A DNA stretch of 52,094 bases from a virus (Duplodnaviria > Caudoviricetes): IMG/VR virus record IMGVR_UViG_3300044852_000027, positions 1 through 52,094 of that record; one strand, 5' to 3'. This document shows positions 33,541 through 43,221 of the stretch, piece by piece. Each line of letters starts with the position of its first letter. Position 1 is the stretch's first letter. A model generated the notes under the pieces. That model was not told where the DNA came from and did not search any database. It was given only the letters and a program-made list of their open reading frames with translations. The translations under genes and the position numbers were made by a program.

Positions 33541-34437
33541 TTACCGTTGCGCCTCCGCCTTGGCGACGATACCGGGCGTCAGCGGCTCGCCCTTGGCGTT
33601 GACCAGTACCTCGATAAACGAGCACTTGCAGTTAATCATGTTCGGACTGGTCGACATCCAGATGCGGACCTCGGCAATCGTGTACAGCCTTGCGTGTCGT
33701 GCCGCGTGTGACGCCCGCGTGGTCGCGCTCAGGGCGCTAATCTGCATCATCTTTGTCAGGATGCCGAGCGAGATTTGCGCGTCTTCCGCTTCGTCCAGGC
33801 GGGACTGCCGAAGGGCGGTATTAATCTCGGTCCTGGCGATCCTCCGAGCGCGGACAATGTCCATGTCAGTTTCTTTCGCGAGCTGCGAGGCGATGACGTT
33901 CGGGTTGAGGCCCTGCGCCATGCCCGAGAACAAGATCCGCGTCATACCGGTTTTAGTGGTCTCGGCAAGGCCTTTCATCTCCTCCCACTGGCGCGCGCGA
34001 ACGTAACCGATACGGCGGCGGTACTCCGGAGAAAGAAGGACGGTCTCCAGGGTTGGGCGAGCGACCGCGTACGACTGCGACTGAATCGACAGGTTCGTAT
34101 GGGCCATGCCCGTTCCTTGCTGATAGGCAGGCTGGACGTATTGCGTCAAAAACCATAGGTCGCGCTGACCGCCTTCGAGAAGGATATCGTCGATCAGCTT
34201 CGAGATGTCGGAACTAATCAGCTCCATTTGAATCGTATCAACGTTAAAGTTATAACGCTTCAGCTCGTCACCGGCCGCGTTCAACGTAACAACCGTAACC
34301 GGAATGGCGTCGAGAATTTTCTTGACTTCGCGGCCGATGCGATTCATCTTCGCCGTGAATTCGTTGATAGCGCCGCGCTCTCGTCGATCTTGCCCGGTCG
34401 GGTCATTCATGTTGCGAGGCAGCAATGGGAGTGGCAT
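33541..34437 (-). CDS. Head morphogenesis protein (SPP1 gp7/Mu gpF family)
   Basis: DPTGQ, RARRIARTE, TTRASHAARH and INCKCS. Confidence 0.9.
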   Translation of the reverse strand: MPLPLLPRNMNDPTGQDRRERGAINEFTAKMNRIGREVKKILDAIPVTVVTLNAAGDELKRYNFNVDTIQMELISSDISKLIDDILLEGGQRDLWFLTQYVQPAYQQGTGMAHTNLSIQSQSYAVARPTLETVLLSPEYRRRIGYVRARQWEEMKGLAETTKTGMTRILFSGMAQGLNPNVIASQLAKETDMDIVRARRIARTEINTALRQSRLDEAEDAQISLGILTKMMQISALSATTRASHAARHARLYTIAEVRIWMSTSPNMINCKCSFIEVLVNAKGEPLTPGIVAKAEAQR

Positions 34438-34496
34438 AGGTTAAGCTCGAAAGAAGGTCAGGCCGTATCATAACCCACGCACAAGGAGTCGCCACC

Positions 34497-34691
34497 ATGC
34501 TTAACCTTATCGCCGACGCAACGTCAGCCCTCTATATGGCTTTCTGCGCCTTCGCCCTGGCAGTCCAGGCAATGACGCCCATTCTCCCCTGGCACGCCGC
34601 CATGGCTGCGTCATTCGTCATCTCCGTGCTCGGGGCGGTTGTGGGTTGGGCGGGTCGGCGGGCAATCTGGCGGCTTTTCAAGAAGCCATGA
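34497..34691 (+). CDS. Small two-TM membrane protein
   Basis: AAGGAG RBS; two hydrophobic segments; terminator 34691-34712. Confidence 0.65.
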   Translation: MLNLIADATSALYMAFCAFALAVQAMTPILPWHAAMAASFVISVLGAVVGWAGRRAIWRLFKKP

Positions 34692-34714
34692 AAAAGGGCC
34701 TTTCGGCCCTTTGT

Positions 34715-36139
34715 TTATTTCGTCGGTTTATCGGGTGGCGGGAGTTCGTCGCCGTTGTCGTCGCCCTCTGGCAACGCCTCGACAGGCTCGCCGTTGATAT
34801 GGCCGGACATGTCGCGGATCTCCTGCGAGCTGTACGGGTATTCCCCAGTCCCTGCCGACTTCTGGTTGATGTCTGCCATCTTGGCGGCGTTGTCCAGCTT
34901 CTCGCCTTGAGTGGCCTCATTCAAGTCGGACCAGACCACGGATGACTCCGCGATAGCCCGGATCAGCCCGATACGCGTCAGATGCGCGATAACCGTCTCG
35001 ATATCACTAGCGAGCAAGTGCAGGCGCCGCCCCTGGCACGTCTTATTCCAGTCCTTCTGGTCCTCCTGCGACGAACGCTCGCCCGTCTGACTACCAATCC
35101 AAATCATAATCGGCAGCATGAAGGATGCGGCGGCAGACTGGAGCGATACGTTAAAGTGCTCCTGCGGGTTCGGCACGTTCGCGACAAGCGGATTGACAGT
35201 CGCGCCTTGCGTGATAATCGTCTGGTCGATGCCTCGGTTGAGGCCCTCGGTTACCTGATCGAAAATCTGGCGGAGGTCTTTTTGTGCGACGCCGTGCGCG
35301 GTCGCGATGTCCGCGAGGTTGACCTTCTGGTCAAAGTTGACTGCGAGCTGGCGCGCGGCATTCTTGAGGAACGACTCGCCCGAGCCGCCAAGAATCTTTT
35401 CGATGTTGACGAAGTCGTTATAACCCGCCCGCAACATCGGAACGCCGTTAATGATGTCGCCGAGGACGATAACCCGGTCCGGGTGGATCTCCAGGTTACG
35501 ACCCGAGTAACCAGCCGAGGCCCTGTCGACGTCATTGCCTACCGCGCTCTCGCGGAACGTGTACATGGTCGGCAGGCCGTATGTCTCGCTATTGGTCTCG
35601 TCAGTCCCCCAGCTCGACGGGTAGCACTGCCCCTCCCACGCCGGAATGATCTTGACCAGTCGGCGAGCGGCTCGGCCGCGCACGGGTTGATTCCACGTCT
35701 TACCGTCGGCGATTTGCAGGATAAGGGCGGAATACTTGCCCACAACGCGACGAAGGTCGGCCTCGCGCATGCACTCCCAAAGCTTGGATGCCTTGGCGAA
35801 GGCTTTAAATTCCTTCTCCCACTGGGTCGGCGGGCGCTTCGTTTCTTCTGGCTCGCCCTCGATAACCTCCGGGTCATCCTGCCAGCTCTTGGAGATGACG
35901 CGGCTTACGGCGCCATGCGCAAGGCCGCCACGCTCCCACATACGATAATAGTCTTGGAAGGACAGTGATTCAGCCCATCCGAAGCTACGCCACGCGGTCG
36001 GGCGTTTCGTATCAGCCCCAAGCAAGCCTTGAGCGCACGCGAACCGCTGGCGGGCCTGCAACATCTTCTGATCGCCTAGCGCGGCATTCAGCGCAAGATA
36101 AAGGTCTGTACCTTCGTCCGGCAGTGTGATTTGACCCAT
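34715..36139 (-). CDS. Portal protein (DUF1073-like)
   Basis: DTKRPTAW, R.GLAHGAV, IHPDRVI, GGSGESFLKNAARQL and G.QTGERSS.ED; GAGGAG RBS before ATG at 36139. Confidence 0.88.
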   Translation of the reverse strand: MGQITLPDEGTDLYLALNAALGDQKMLQARQRFACAQGLLGADTKRPTAWRSFGWAESLSFQDYYRMWERGGLAHGAVSRVISKSWQDDPEVIEGEPEETKRPPTQWEKEFKAFAKASKLWECMREADLRRVVGKYSALILQIADGKTWNQPVRGRAARRLVKIIPAWEGQCYPSSWGTDETNSETYGLPTMYTFRESAVGNDVDRASAGYSGRNLEIHPDRVIVLGDIINGVPMLRAGYNDFVNIEKILGGSGESFLKNAARQLAVNFDQKVNLADIATAHGVAQKDLRQIFDQVTEGLNRGIDQTIITQGATVNPLVANVPNPQEHFNVSLQSAAASFMLPIMIWIGSQTGERSSQEDQKDWNKTCQGRRLHLLASDIETVIAHLTRIGLIRAIAESSVVWSDLNEATQGEKLDNAAKMADINQKSAGTGEYPYSSQEIRDMSGHINGEPVEALPEGDDNGDELPPPDKPTK

Positions 36140-36257
36140 GGTCGCGGGCTCCTCTGTTAAAGTGGTCATTGTACAGCGAAAATAAACTTGACCGACCGGG
36201 CGCCGCCGTGCATCCTTGGCGCTTCCAAATAACCCCCATAGCTGGAGATTCAAACCT

Positions 36258-36722
36258 ATGAAGACCGCGATTAAATGGCTGTTCGCAGCCTTACTGGTGG
36301 CGTTGCCTGCCGCCATTCTGCTGACCGGATGGACCGAGGCCCTGTTCGTGGCCAAGGGCGCCGTGAGCGTCTATGCGACTATCGCTATCGCGTCAGTGAT
36401 TGCAGTCGCCTTCACGCTGTACGCCGCAAAAACCTGGCGCGGCGAAGACTTCGGCGAAAAGCAGCACAAGTGGTTAATCGCAAAAGAGCTGGAACACCTG
36501 CGAATGACCTCCTTCGAGACCCATTATCACGCGATCCGAGGTGCGGTCTCGGCGGTATTGTTCCTGGCGCTCGGCCTGCCCATCTGCGCGGCATTGCTTG
36601 TACTGGTGTCCGTGGCTATCTATGTCGTTAACGGTGCGATCTCCAGTTACTTCGACACCTACGGCCGACGGGCGACCACTGGCGGCTACTCGCGAAAACA
36701 CTACGAAGACAGCCCAAGCTAA
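36258..36722 (+). CDS. Multi-pass membrane protein
   Basis: about four TM helices; GGAG RBS; TTGACC-N17-CATCCT upstream; terminator 36743-36770. Confidence 0.7.
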   Translation: MKTAIKWLFAALLVALPAAILLTGWTEALFVAKGAVSVYATIAIASVIAVAFTLYAAKTWRGEDFGEKQHKWLIAKELEHLRMTSFETHYHAIRGAVSAVLFLALGLPICAALLVLVSVAIYVVNGAISSYFDTYGRRATTGGYSRKHYEDSPS

Positions 36723-36818
36723 ACCATAAGCCTGCACCGTTGAAAAAGCCCGCCGCGCGCGGGCTTTTTTGTGCGTGATAGAATTTACCCGGTTAACACT
36801 AACTGGAGAGTCCTACCC

Positions 36819-38069
36819 GTGGCCGAAGAAATCCGCGTCAACGTAAAAACGAAAGTCCGTAACGCGGATATTCGCTACATCACCCACAACAACCGCGAGC
36901 ATATCGTCGTACCGTCCTACACCCTGCCGGATAACGTCGTAATGAATGGCGGCATCTATCTCGCCGAGGAGATCGCCAAGGGCTTCAAGAGCCTTGAGGG
37001 AACCCTCGCCCCGGTAGGTCATCCGACACTAAACGGCAAGGCTGTGCTCGCTAACACTCCCGAGGCGATCAACGCGCACCATGTCGGCGTGTGGAATAAG
37101 AACGTTGAGCGCCAGGGTAATCGGGTCTACGTCGAGAAGTGGATCGACGTAGAACGCGCCAAGGAGTCCCCGCTCGGGCAGCAACTCCTGTCCGCTATCG
37201 AGGCGGGCTCCCCTATCCACACGTCGACCGGGCTTATCACTAAGCGCGAGATGGCGGTCAATCAGGCTGGCTACCAGTGGATCGCCCGCGACATGCGTTT
37301 CGACCACGACGCAATCCTCTTTGACGAGCCTGGGGCCGCAACTCCTGACGAGGGCGTCGGCATGATGGTAAACAGCGCGGAGCTGATCGTTAACGCCATC
37401 TGCCCCGAGCTGGTCGTCAATGATCTGCTCGAAGACTCCTATGGCCAGAAGCGCGACGCGATCAGCGCAGCAGTCCGCGAGGTTTACGGCTCCCCTGACT
37501 GTTACTGCTACGTCGAGGACTTCGACGACGTCAACGTGATTTACAACACGCCTAAGGGCCTGGCCATGGTCGGCTATATGTACAACGAAGACGCCGTAGT
37601 CCTTATCGGCGAGCCGACTCCGGTTGTAACTAAGACCGAATTCGTCGCAAAAGGCGCCTCCGTGGTCACTCAAGTTGCGCTAATTAAAAATGCGGTACAA
37701 TCGCCTCCTGTAGCAGACATTAAACCCAAACCCTTGGAGCCAGAAATGGACGAGAACAAAGTCGGCGAGATTGTCGCCAACGCCCTTAAAGTCGCTTTGG
37801 CGCCGCTGGCTCAAGAGCTGGGCGATGTTAAAGCGCAACTGGCGACCGCACGCGACGCCCTGGAAACCAACGCCAAAGCCGTCGACGACGAAAACCGCGC
37901 CGTCATTCTGGCCAAGGTTCCGACCATGACCCTCGTGGTCAACGCGTTGTCGGGCAAGCCCCTGGCAGAGCTGGCCGCTCAATACCAGACCGCCGCCGCT
38001 ATCGGTGCGGGCAACCTCGAAAACAACGCTGACAAGTCTGACGACCTGTCCACCTACAAAGGGGCCTAA
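36819..38069 (+). CDS. Head maturation protease/scaffold
   Basis: VVMNGGIY, APVGHP, IHTSTG and FDHDAIL.DEPGAATP..GVG. Confidence 0.85.
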   Translation: MAEEIRVNVKTKVRNADIRYITHNNREHIVVPSYTLPDNVVMNGGIYLAEEIAKGFKSLEGTLAPVGHPTLNGKAVLANTPEAINAHHVGVWNKNVERQGNRVYVEKWIDVERAKESPLGQQLLSAIEAGSPIHTSTGLITKREMAVNQAGYQWIARDMRFDHDAILFDEPGAATPDEGVGMMVNSAELIVNAICPELVVNDLLEDSYGQKRDAISAAVREVYGSPDCYCYVEDFDDVNVIYNTPKGLAMVGYMYNEDAVVLIGEPTPVVTKTEFVAKGASVVTQVALIKNAVQSPPVADIKPKPLEPEMDENKVGEIVANALKVALAPLAQELGDVKAQLATARDALETNAKAVDDENRAVILAKVPTMTLVVNALSGKPLAELAAQYQTAAAIGAGNLENNADKSDDLSTYKGA

Positions 38070-38072
38070 TCA

Positions 38073-38522
38073 ATGGCTATCGTTGGAAAACGCCCGCGCC
38101 GTATCAATATCGACGGCCTGTCGAACACCGAAACCCGCCTCGCTAAAACCGCGCTGCTGCCTGGGTCGTTCGTGTTTATCAACCCTGCTGACGACAATTT
38201 CACGCAAGCGCTCGCCGCTAACATGATCTTGCCGCCGCTGTACATCGTCGGTCGTGACGACATTATCGGCGAGACCATCGACACTCCGGTTGTTGCTGGC
38301 TCTACCGCTGTCGCCGACTACGTCGAGCAAGGCCGTCAATTTGCCGCCCTGGTCGCAGCAACCACCGTGCTGAAGAAAGACAGCCCGCTGATGCTGCACG
38401 CAACCAACGGGACTTTGATTCCGTACGTCGTAGCCGCTGGCAACGTGATTGTCGCGTACAGCCAAGAGGTCTACACCATTCCGGCCGGTTCGGCTGCACT
38501 CGCGCTCGTTCGCATCGCCTAA
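38073..38522 (+). CDS. Head decoration protein
   Basis: between protease and MCP; RRINIDG, ALLPG. Confidence 0.7.
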   Translation: MAIVGKRPRRINIDGLSNTETRLAKTALLPGSFVFINPADDNFTQALAANMILPPLYIVGRDDIIGETIDTPVVAGSTAVADYVEQGRQFAALVAATTVLKKDSPLMLHATNGTLIPYVVAAGNVIVAYSQEVYTIPAGSAALALVRIA

Positions 38523-38532
38523 GGGGCACCAA

Positions 38533-39624
38533 ATGATCGTTTTTACAAAGGAAGGAATCGCGGCTAACGCGAACCATGCCGCTCAGTTCGAGCGAACCAT
38601 GGGCGAGCGTCGCATCGCACGTCACAATCAGACCTTGATTGTGAACCAGTACGGCGAGCATCTTGACGCCTCGGATCTCCAGCGTAACGCCGCTGACCAG
38701 TTCGGTATCAAGTTTTGGGCAGAGATCGACCGCCGCGCTATCGAGGTCCGCAACAACGACATGGGTCGTGAGCTGATGACCGACCTGATGACCCTGGCGA
38801 CCCCGCTGGACATCGGCAAGACCGTAAAGACCTACGGTCGTCAGGGCGATATCAGCGACGAAGTCAAAGTAACCATGGACGGCCAAACGCCTGTGGGCTT
38901 CGACGGCGTTGACACCGAAAGCGAAGGCGACCCGGTTCCAATCTTCCAGGCTGGTTTTGGGATCAACTGGCGTAAATGGAAGGGCCAGCAAAGCGAAAAC
39001 ATCGACGCACTGGGCGACGCCCAAGCAGCCAAGATGAAAGTCGTTCTGTCCCGCATGGCTGATTACCTGCTCGACGGCGATGCAAAAATCAAGGTGTCCG
39101 GCTTCGCTGGCCAGGGTATCCGTAACCACCGGAACACCAAGAAAATCAACCTGACAACCGCAGGAGCTGGCGGAACTAACATCGACCTGACCGCATCCGC
39201 GACCAGCAACGACGTTATCCTCAACTTCTGGAACCAGACGTTTGCGCTGCAACTCGACGCAAACTACGTCAACGGCAAGCTGTCTGTCGTGTGGGTATCC
39301 CCGGAAATCATGCGCCGCATGACCGTGCCATTCAGTGCGGCCGACGGCTTCAAGTCGGGCACTCTGCTTTCGGCGATCCTGGAATTCGGCCGCGTTGGCG
39401 AGTTCAAGCAGACCTACAAGCTGACGGGTAACCAGTTTCTCGGTTACATGCGCGACAAGGACGCTATCAGCCCGCTGGTAGGCCAGGCAGTGTCGACCAC
39501 TCCGATTGCTCGCCTGCAACCGCGCGACAACTACAACTTTGAAATCTGGTCCGCCTTGGGCCTCCAGATCAAGGCCGACGCCAACGGAAGGGGGAGTGTT
39601 TTTTACGCCGCGAACTTGACCTGA
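38533..39624 (+). CDS. Major capsid protein
   Basis: IGKTV, GDPVPIF..G.G..WR and GLQIKAD; strongly biased codons; terminator 39640-39662. Confidence 0.9.
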   Translation: MIVFTKEGIAANANHAAQFERTMGERRIARHNQTLIVNQYGEHLDASDLQRNAADQFGIKFWAEIDRRAIEVRNNDMGRELMTDLMTLATPLDIGKTVKTYGRQGDISDEVKVTMDGQTPVGFDGVDTESEGDPVPIFQAGFGINWRKWKGQQSENIDALGDAQAAKMKVVLSRMADYLLDGDAKIKVSGFAGQGIRNHRNTKKINLTTAGAGGTNIDLTASATSNDVILNFWNQTFALQLDANYVNGKLSVVWVSPEIMRRMTVPFSAADGFKSGTLLSAILEFGRVGEFKQTYKLTGNQFLGYMRDKDAISPLVGQAVSTTPIARLQPRDNYNFEIWSALGLQIKADANGRGSVFYAANLT

Positions 39625-39691
39625 TAGTGATCGCAAAGACAAAAGGGCCGAAAGGCCCTTTTGTTTAAACCAAAAACATAGAAGACGGACG

Positions 39692-40369
39692 ATGTTTTAC
39701 GAAACCGGCAAGGCTTGCAAGTACGGACACATATCAAAAAGATACCTATCGACAAGGCAGTGCGCGGAGTGTGTGTCGCAGCGCTATTCGTCGGACAAGG
39801 AGGTAAAAAAGGAGCTGGCACGAAACTACCATCACGCGGGCGGGGGAAAGGCGCTACGACAGGCTCGCGACGCCGCGTCGCTTCCAGAGCTAGCTAAAAA
39901 AAAGAGAGACTACAGAGCCTTAAACCCTGACAAGGTGAGAGCAACAAAAAACGAATGGGCGAAAAGGAACCCGGAGTCTGTAGCGGCGACGCATAAGAGG
40001 TGGAGGCGGTCCGATGCAGGAAAAGCATCAAGGCGCGCCAGCTCTGCAAGGCTTAGAAGCACAAGGCCATGGATAGCTGCGTCTCGCGGCGTGATATCGA
40101 GTCTTATCGCCAGGGTTGGCAGGAGGCCAAATGGGCGCGGACGAGACCACGTTCGATATACCCATGAGCAATTCAAGCAGCGGATAGAGCTGAATTTTAA
40201 GCCGGGGATGTCGTGGGAAAATCACGGCGAATGGCATATAGATCATATAAAGCCCGTGATAGCATTTATCCGCCAGGGCGTGACGGATACCGCCGTGATA
40301 AACTCCCTTTGCAATCTCCGCCCGGAATGGGCAAAAGACAACCTACGCAAAAATGCAACCTGGAGATAA
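39692..40369 (+). CDS. HNH homing endonuclease
   Basis: CKYGH...CAEC and GMSWENHGEWHIDHIKP...NLRPEWAKDNL.K; AGA/AGG-rich codons. Confidence 0.9.
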   Translation: MFYETGKACKYGHISKRYLSTRQCAECVSQRYSSDKEVKKELARNYHHAGGGKALRQARDAASLPELAKKKRDYRALNPDKVRATKNEWAKRNPESVAATHKRWRRSDAGKASRRASSARLRSTRPWIAASRGVISSLIARVGRRPNGRGRDHVRYTHEQFKQRIELNFKPGMSWENHGEWHIDHIKPVIAFIRQGVTDTAVINSLCNLRPEWAKDNLRKNATWR

Positions 40370-40374
40370 ACGTA

Positions 40375-40653
40375 ATGCCAAAATATGAAGTGATGCTCTC
40401 TGCCGGACCTGATTTCCCTGTCGGTATGGAGTTCGAGACCGACAACCTGCACCCTGTCATGATCCAGCACGTCAAGCAGATCGGCGGGAAATCCGCCAAG
40501 GCTGAAGTCGAGGACGACAAGGGCGACAAGAAGCTGACCAAGGCACAACTCGACAAGTTGCACGCCGAGGGCCTGAAGGAGGACGCTAAACGCTTCCCTC
40601 CTGAGAAGGTCGTCAAGCCCGCCAACGGTCCAGGCCCTGGCGAAAATAGCTGA
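40375..40653 (+). CDS. Hypothetical head-associated protein
   Basis: GGAG RBS; ETDNLHP motif; terminator 40655-40684. Confidence 0.65.
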   Translation: MPKYEVMLSAGPDFPVGMEFETDNLHPVMIQHVKQIGGKSAKAEVEDDKGDKKLTKAQLDKLHAEGLKEDAKRFPPEKVVKPANGPGPGENS

Positions 40654-40724
40654 TAAAAAGCCCCGCATTTGACGGGGCTTTTTATTTGGTACAATGTTTT
40701 TTTATCAATCGGATTGACAAAGAC

Positions 40725-41123
40725 GTGGCCATAACCTTCGAGGATGCGCAGGAATACCTATCCGGCCAGAATATCGAGCTGCCGGACATGATCCTTCGCG
40801 CCATCGTTGCGAAGGTCAACAAGCTTGACGCCTGCTTTATGACCGACCCGGCCTACTCTGACGAGGACATCATTCTTCTGAGCGCCTATCTCGTGGCGCT
40901 ACTATCGGTCATGTCGGCAGACGCCCGTATCAGGAGCCAGACCGCGCCGTCTGGCGCGGCTCAGTCGTTCCAACTGAGCGACATCAGCGAGCGCTACAAG
41001 TCGTACACGGGCCTAATCAACACCATGGACCCGAAAGGCTGTACAGCTGGCATTATCCCGCCGAATCCGGCTGGCGGTAACTGCGCGCTGTTTATCTCTC
41101 CAGGTGCGTGCGGTTGTGAGTAA
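40725..41123 (+). CDS. Head-tail adaptor
   Basis: RIRSQTAPSGA.QSF and D..GCT; position. Confidence 0.75.
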   Translation: MAITFEDAQEYLSGQNIELPDMILRAIVAKVNKLDACFMTDPAYSDEDIILLSAYLVALLSVMSADARIRSQTAPSGAAQSFQLSDISERYKSYTGLINTMDPKGCTAGIIPPNPAGGNCALFISPGACGCE

Positions 41124-41469
41124 GGTCTCGCGCTGGTCCTATACCAACGTCGCCACGGTTTGGCCGGTAGGCGCTAAGGACCACTTGAACGGCGGTAACG
41201 CCTGGGGCGAGCCTTATCAGATCGCCTGCACTTGGATTGCCGACACAAAGGTCATGAAGGACAACGGCGGCAAGGAGTTCGTTAGCGCCTGCTCGTATTT
41301 CCACGAGGACGCCCGCGTGAAGCACGGGGACCGGATCGCGAAGGGCGAATACTTCGACGCGAACCCTATCGGACTGGCCGAGGAGATCAAGGCGCACCGC
41401 GACTGGGACATGTCTATGTTCAAGGCTGGCGGCAAGCCGGACATCCCGGATTTCAGGAGTTCCGTCTAA
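41116..41469 (+). CDS. Head closure protein
   Basis: RWSYTN.AT.W, G.EFV; position. Confidence 0.7.
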   Translation: MSKVSRWSYTNVATVWPVGAKDHLNGGNAWGEPYQIACTWIADTKVMKDNGGKEFVSACSYFHEDARVKHGDRIAKGEYFDANPIGLAEEIKAHRDWDMSMFKAGGKPDIPDFRSSV

Positions 41470-41831
41470 TGCCGGTAACGGGCCTTTCAAGCGCCAGGCG
41501 CATAACGACCAGCTTTATTGCTGACGTGACCGACCGCAAGGCGCAGCGAGCCGTTACCGTGGCACTGATTATCGGCGCCGGTTACGCGGCCAATCTGACG
41601 CCTATCGACACGTCTTTTCTGATTAACAGCCAGTTCCGCAAGGTCAACAAAAAGATGGGCGGTTACGCGGGCCTTATCGGCTATACGGCCAATTACGCCG
41701 CCGCTGTTCATGACCCTGCAAACTATCAGGTATTCCGCCGCGTTGGCGCCGAGAAGCTTTTTCTCCAAAAAGGCTTTGAGCAAAACCTGCGCGAAATTGA
41801 CGAGCAAGTTAAAGCGAGCTTCCAGATTTGA
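41469..41831 (+). CDS. Neck/tail-completion protein (HK97 gp10-like)
   Basis: TPIDTS.LINSQFR, GYTANYAAAVHD and FL.KGFE. Confidence 0.8.
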   Translation: MPVTGLSSARRITTSFIADVTDRKAQRAVTVALIIGAGYAANLTPIDTSFLINSQFRKVNKKMGGYAGLIGYTANYAAAVHDPANYQVFRRVGAEKLFLQKGFEQNLREIDEQVKASFQI

Positions 41832-42208
41832 ACCTTTTCGAGATGGTAACCGACTACATCACTCCCGCTCTCGGGACCGTAGTTCCGTGCATGGGCGAGT
41901 GGGAGGACGGGCAAGACGAGGGCGCGGTAGAGTTCCTGTCGATCAACCTTGAGGGCGCCCTCCGCCCTGGCGTCATCTCTCAAACCAACTTCGTAGACTT
42001 CTGGTACGTCTCTAAGCGCGATCAGGCGGACATGATCGGCGGCAAGAAAGCAGCCATGGAAACCGCGCTCGGGTTCATGCAGTACATAAGCGACCACAAG
42101 TCGTCAAGCTGTTTCGCAAACGTAATTCCCATAACAGGTATAATCGGCCCAAAGGCGACAGAGCAAAAGCGATTGGCCTTTAAATTCACCGTTGAATTCA
42201 CAAGTTAG
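41828..42208 (+). CDS. Tail terminator protein
   Basis: position before the tail tube; TE.KR..F.F. Confidence 0.65.
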   Translation: MNLFEMVTDYITPALGTVVPCMGEWEDGQDEGAVEFLSINLEGALRPGVISQTNFVDFWYVSKRDQADMIGGKKAAMETALGFMQYISDHKSSSCFANVIPITGIIGPKATEQKRLAFKFTVEFTS

Positions 42209-42219
42209 GAGCGCCAATA

Positions 42220-42705
42220 ATGGCAGGCTGTGAACTGGATAAATATGTAGGCCGGGACGTCGGCCTAGAGTACGCGCTCGTATGCGGGGATGTTGACCCG
42301 CAGACCGCGAACTTTCTGCCTATTGGTGCGCTGCGCTCGAAAGAGTTCACCCTCGAATGGGACACCGTCGACGCAACCGCCGACGACAACAAGGGCGCCA
42401 CCCGCTCCGCACTGGTGACGTACAAAACGTTCTCCTGCTCGGGCGATGGCACTTGCAAGAAAGCCGACGGCACGCAGTCCAATCAGACCGCGTTCTTCAA
42501 GCATGTCAATGACCCGCAAGGCACCTCGGGGCAGCCGGTGGCATGGATCCGTATCACCATGCCTGACATCACCCTTTACGCTTACTGCATCATCACGAGC
42601 ATCGGGCGCACCATGCCGCACGACGAGCTGGCGACCTTCAACTTTGAAGCGACCGCCACCGACTCCGATTTCGGAATCATCATCGTCGACACTCCGGCCG
42701 TATAA
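42220..42705 (+). CDS. Major tail (tube) protein
   Basis: GRDV.LEY...CGD, LR.KEF..EWDTVDATADD and QPVAW.R. Confidence 0.85.
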   Translation: MAGCELDKYVGRDVGLEYALVCGDVDPQTANFLPIGALRSKEFTLEWDTVDATADDNKGATRSALVTYKTFSCSGDGTCKKADGTQSNQTAFFKHVNDPQGTSGQPVAWIRITMPDITLYAYCIITSIGRTMPHDELATFNFEATATDSDFGIIIVDTPAV

Positions 42706-42707
42706 AG

Positions 42708-43130
42708 GTGGCGGCCGTCACTTATCAGGCGGCGGCCGTCACCTACCAAGGCTCGCCAGCTTTTTACATAGAAGGAACACCGCAGATGGCATTGATTGCA
42801 AGCAACTCGCTTAACGTAGTGGCGCCGGTCACTATCGTTAAAACCACTTTGAGCGCTGCCGACACCCTGTCGTATAGCCCGTCGAAACTCCAGACTCTGT
42901 TTTTGCGCAACACAACCGCCTCGCCGGTTACGGTTACCATCGACGGCGACGGCGCAACCAACTTCGCGCCAGGCGGCATCGGCAAGACCATCGACCTTTC
43001 GGCAGGGCTTGCCGTCGTCGTTCCGGCTAGCGGCCTCGTGGCTGTCCAGTTACGCCAGATTGCCCGGTATCTGTCCGGCACTGTCGCGGTAACCGGTGGC
43101 GTAGGCGTCGACGCCTGGGTAACTGAATAA
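42708..43130 (+). CDS. Putative virion accessory protein (alternative start 42786)
   Basis: beta-rich; L.LRN.T...VTVTIDG and YL.G.V.VTGG; AAGGA RBS before 42786; terminator 43151-43175. Confidence 0.7.
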   Translation: MAAVTYQAAAVTYQGSPAFYIEGTPQMALIASNSLNVVAPVTIVKTTLSAADTLSYSPSKLQTLFLRNTTASPVTVTIDGDGATNFAPGGIGKTIDLSAGLAVVVPASGLVAVQLRQIARYLSGTVAVTGGVGVDAWVTE

Positions 43131-43221
43131 CCGTCAAGAAATTTGACGGCAAGGGGGCTTTCGAGCCCCCTTTTCTATGCGTGGTAGAATTGCCCATTGA
43201 CACATATCCGGCATTCTAAAC

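Noticed and set aside
34715-36139. Anti-CBASS Acb1 call sometimes attached to DUF1073 proteins
   Set aside because: Size, motifs and the lack of any other portal candidate indicate a portal; I saw no paired HxT/S phosphoesterase motifs.
38302-39642. 446-aa antisense ORF and similar long shadow ORFs (5736-6485, 34982-35968, 31345-32067)
   Set aside because: They mirror well-supported genes with biased codons and show no recognisable motifs.
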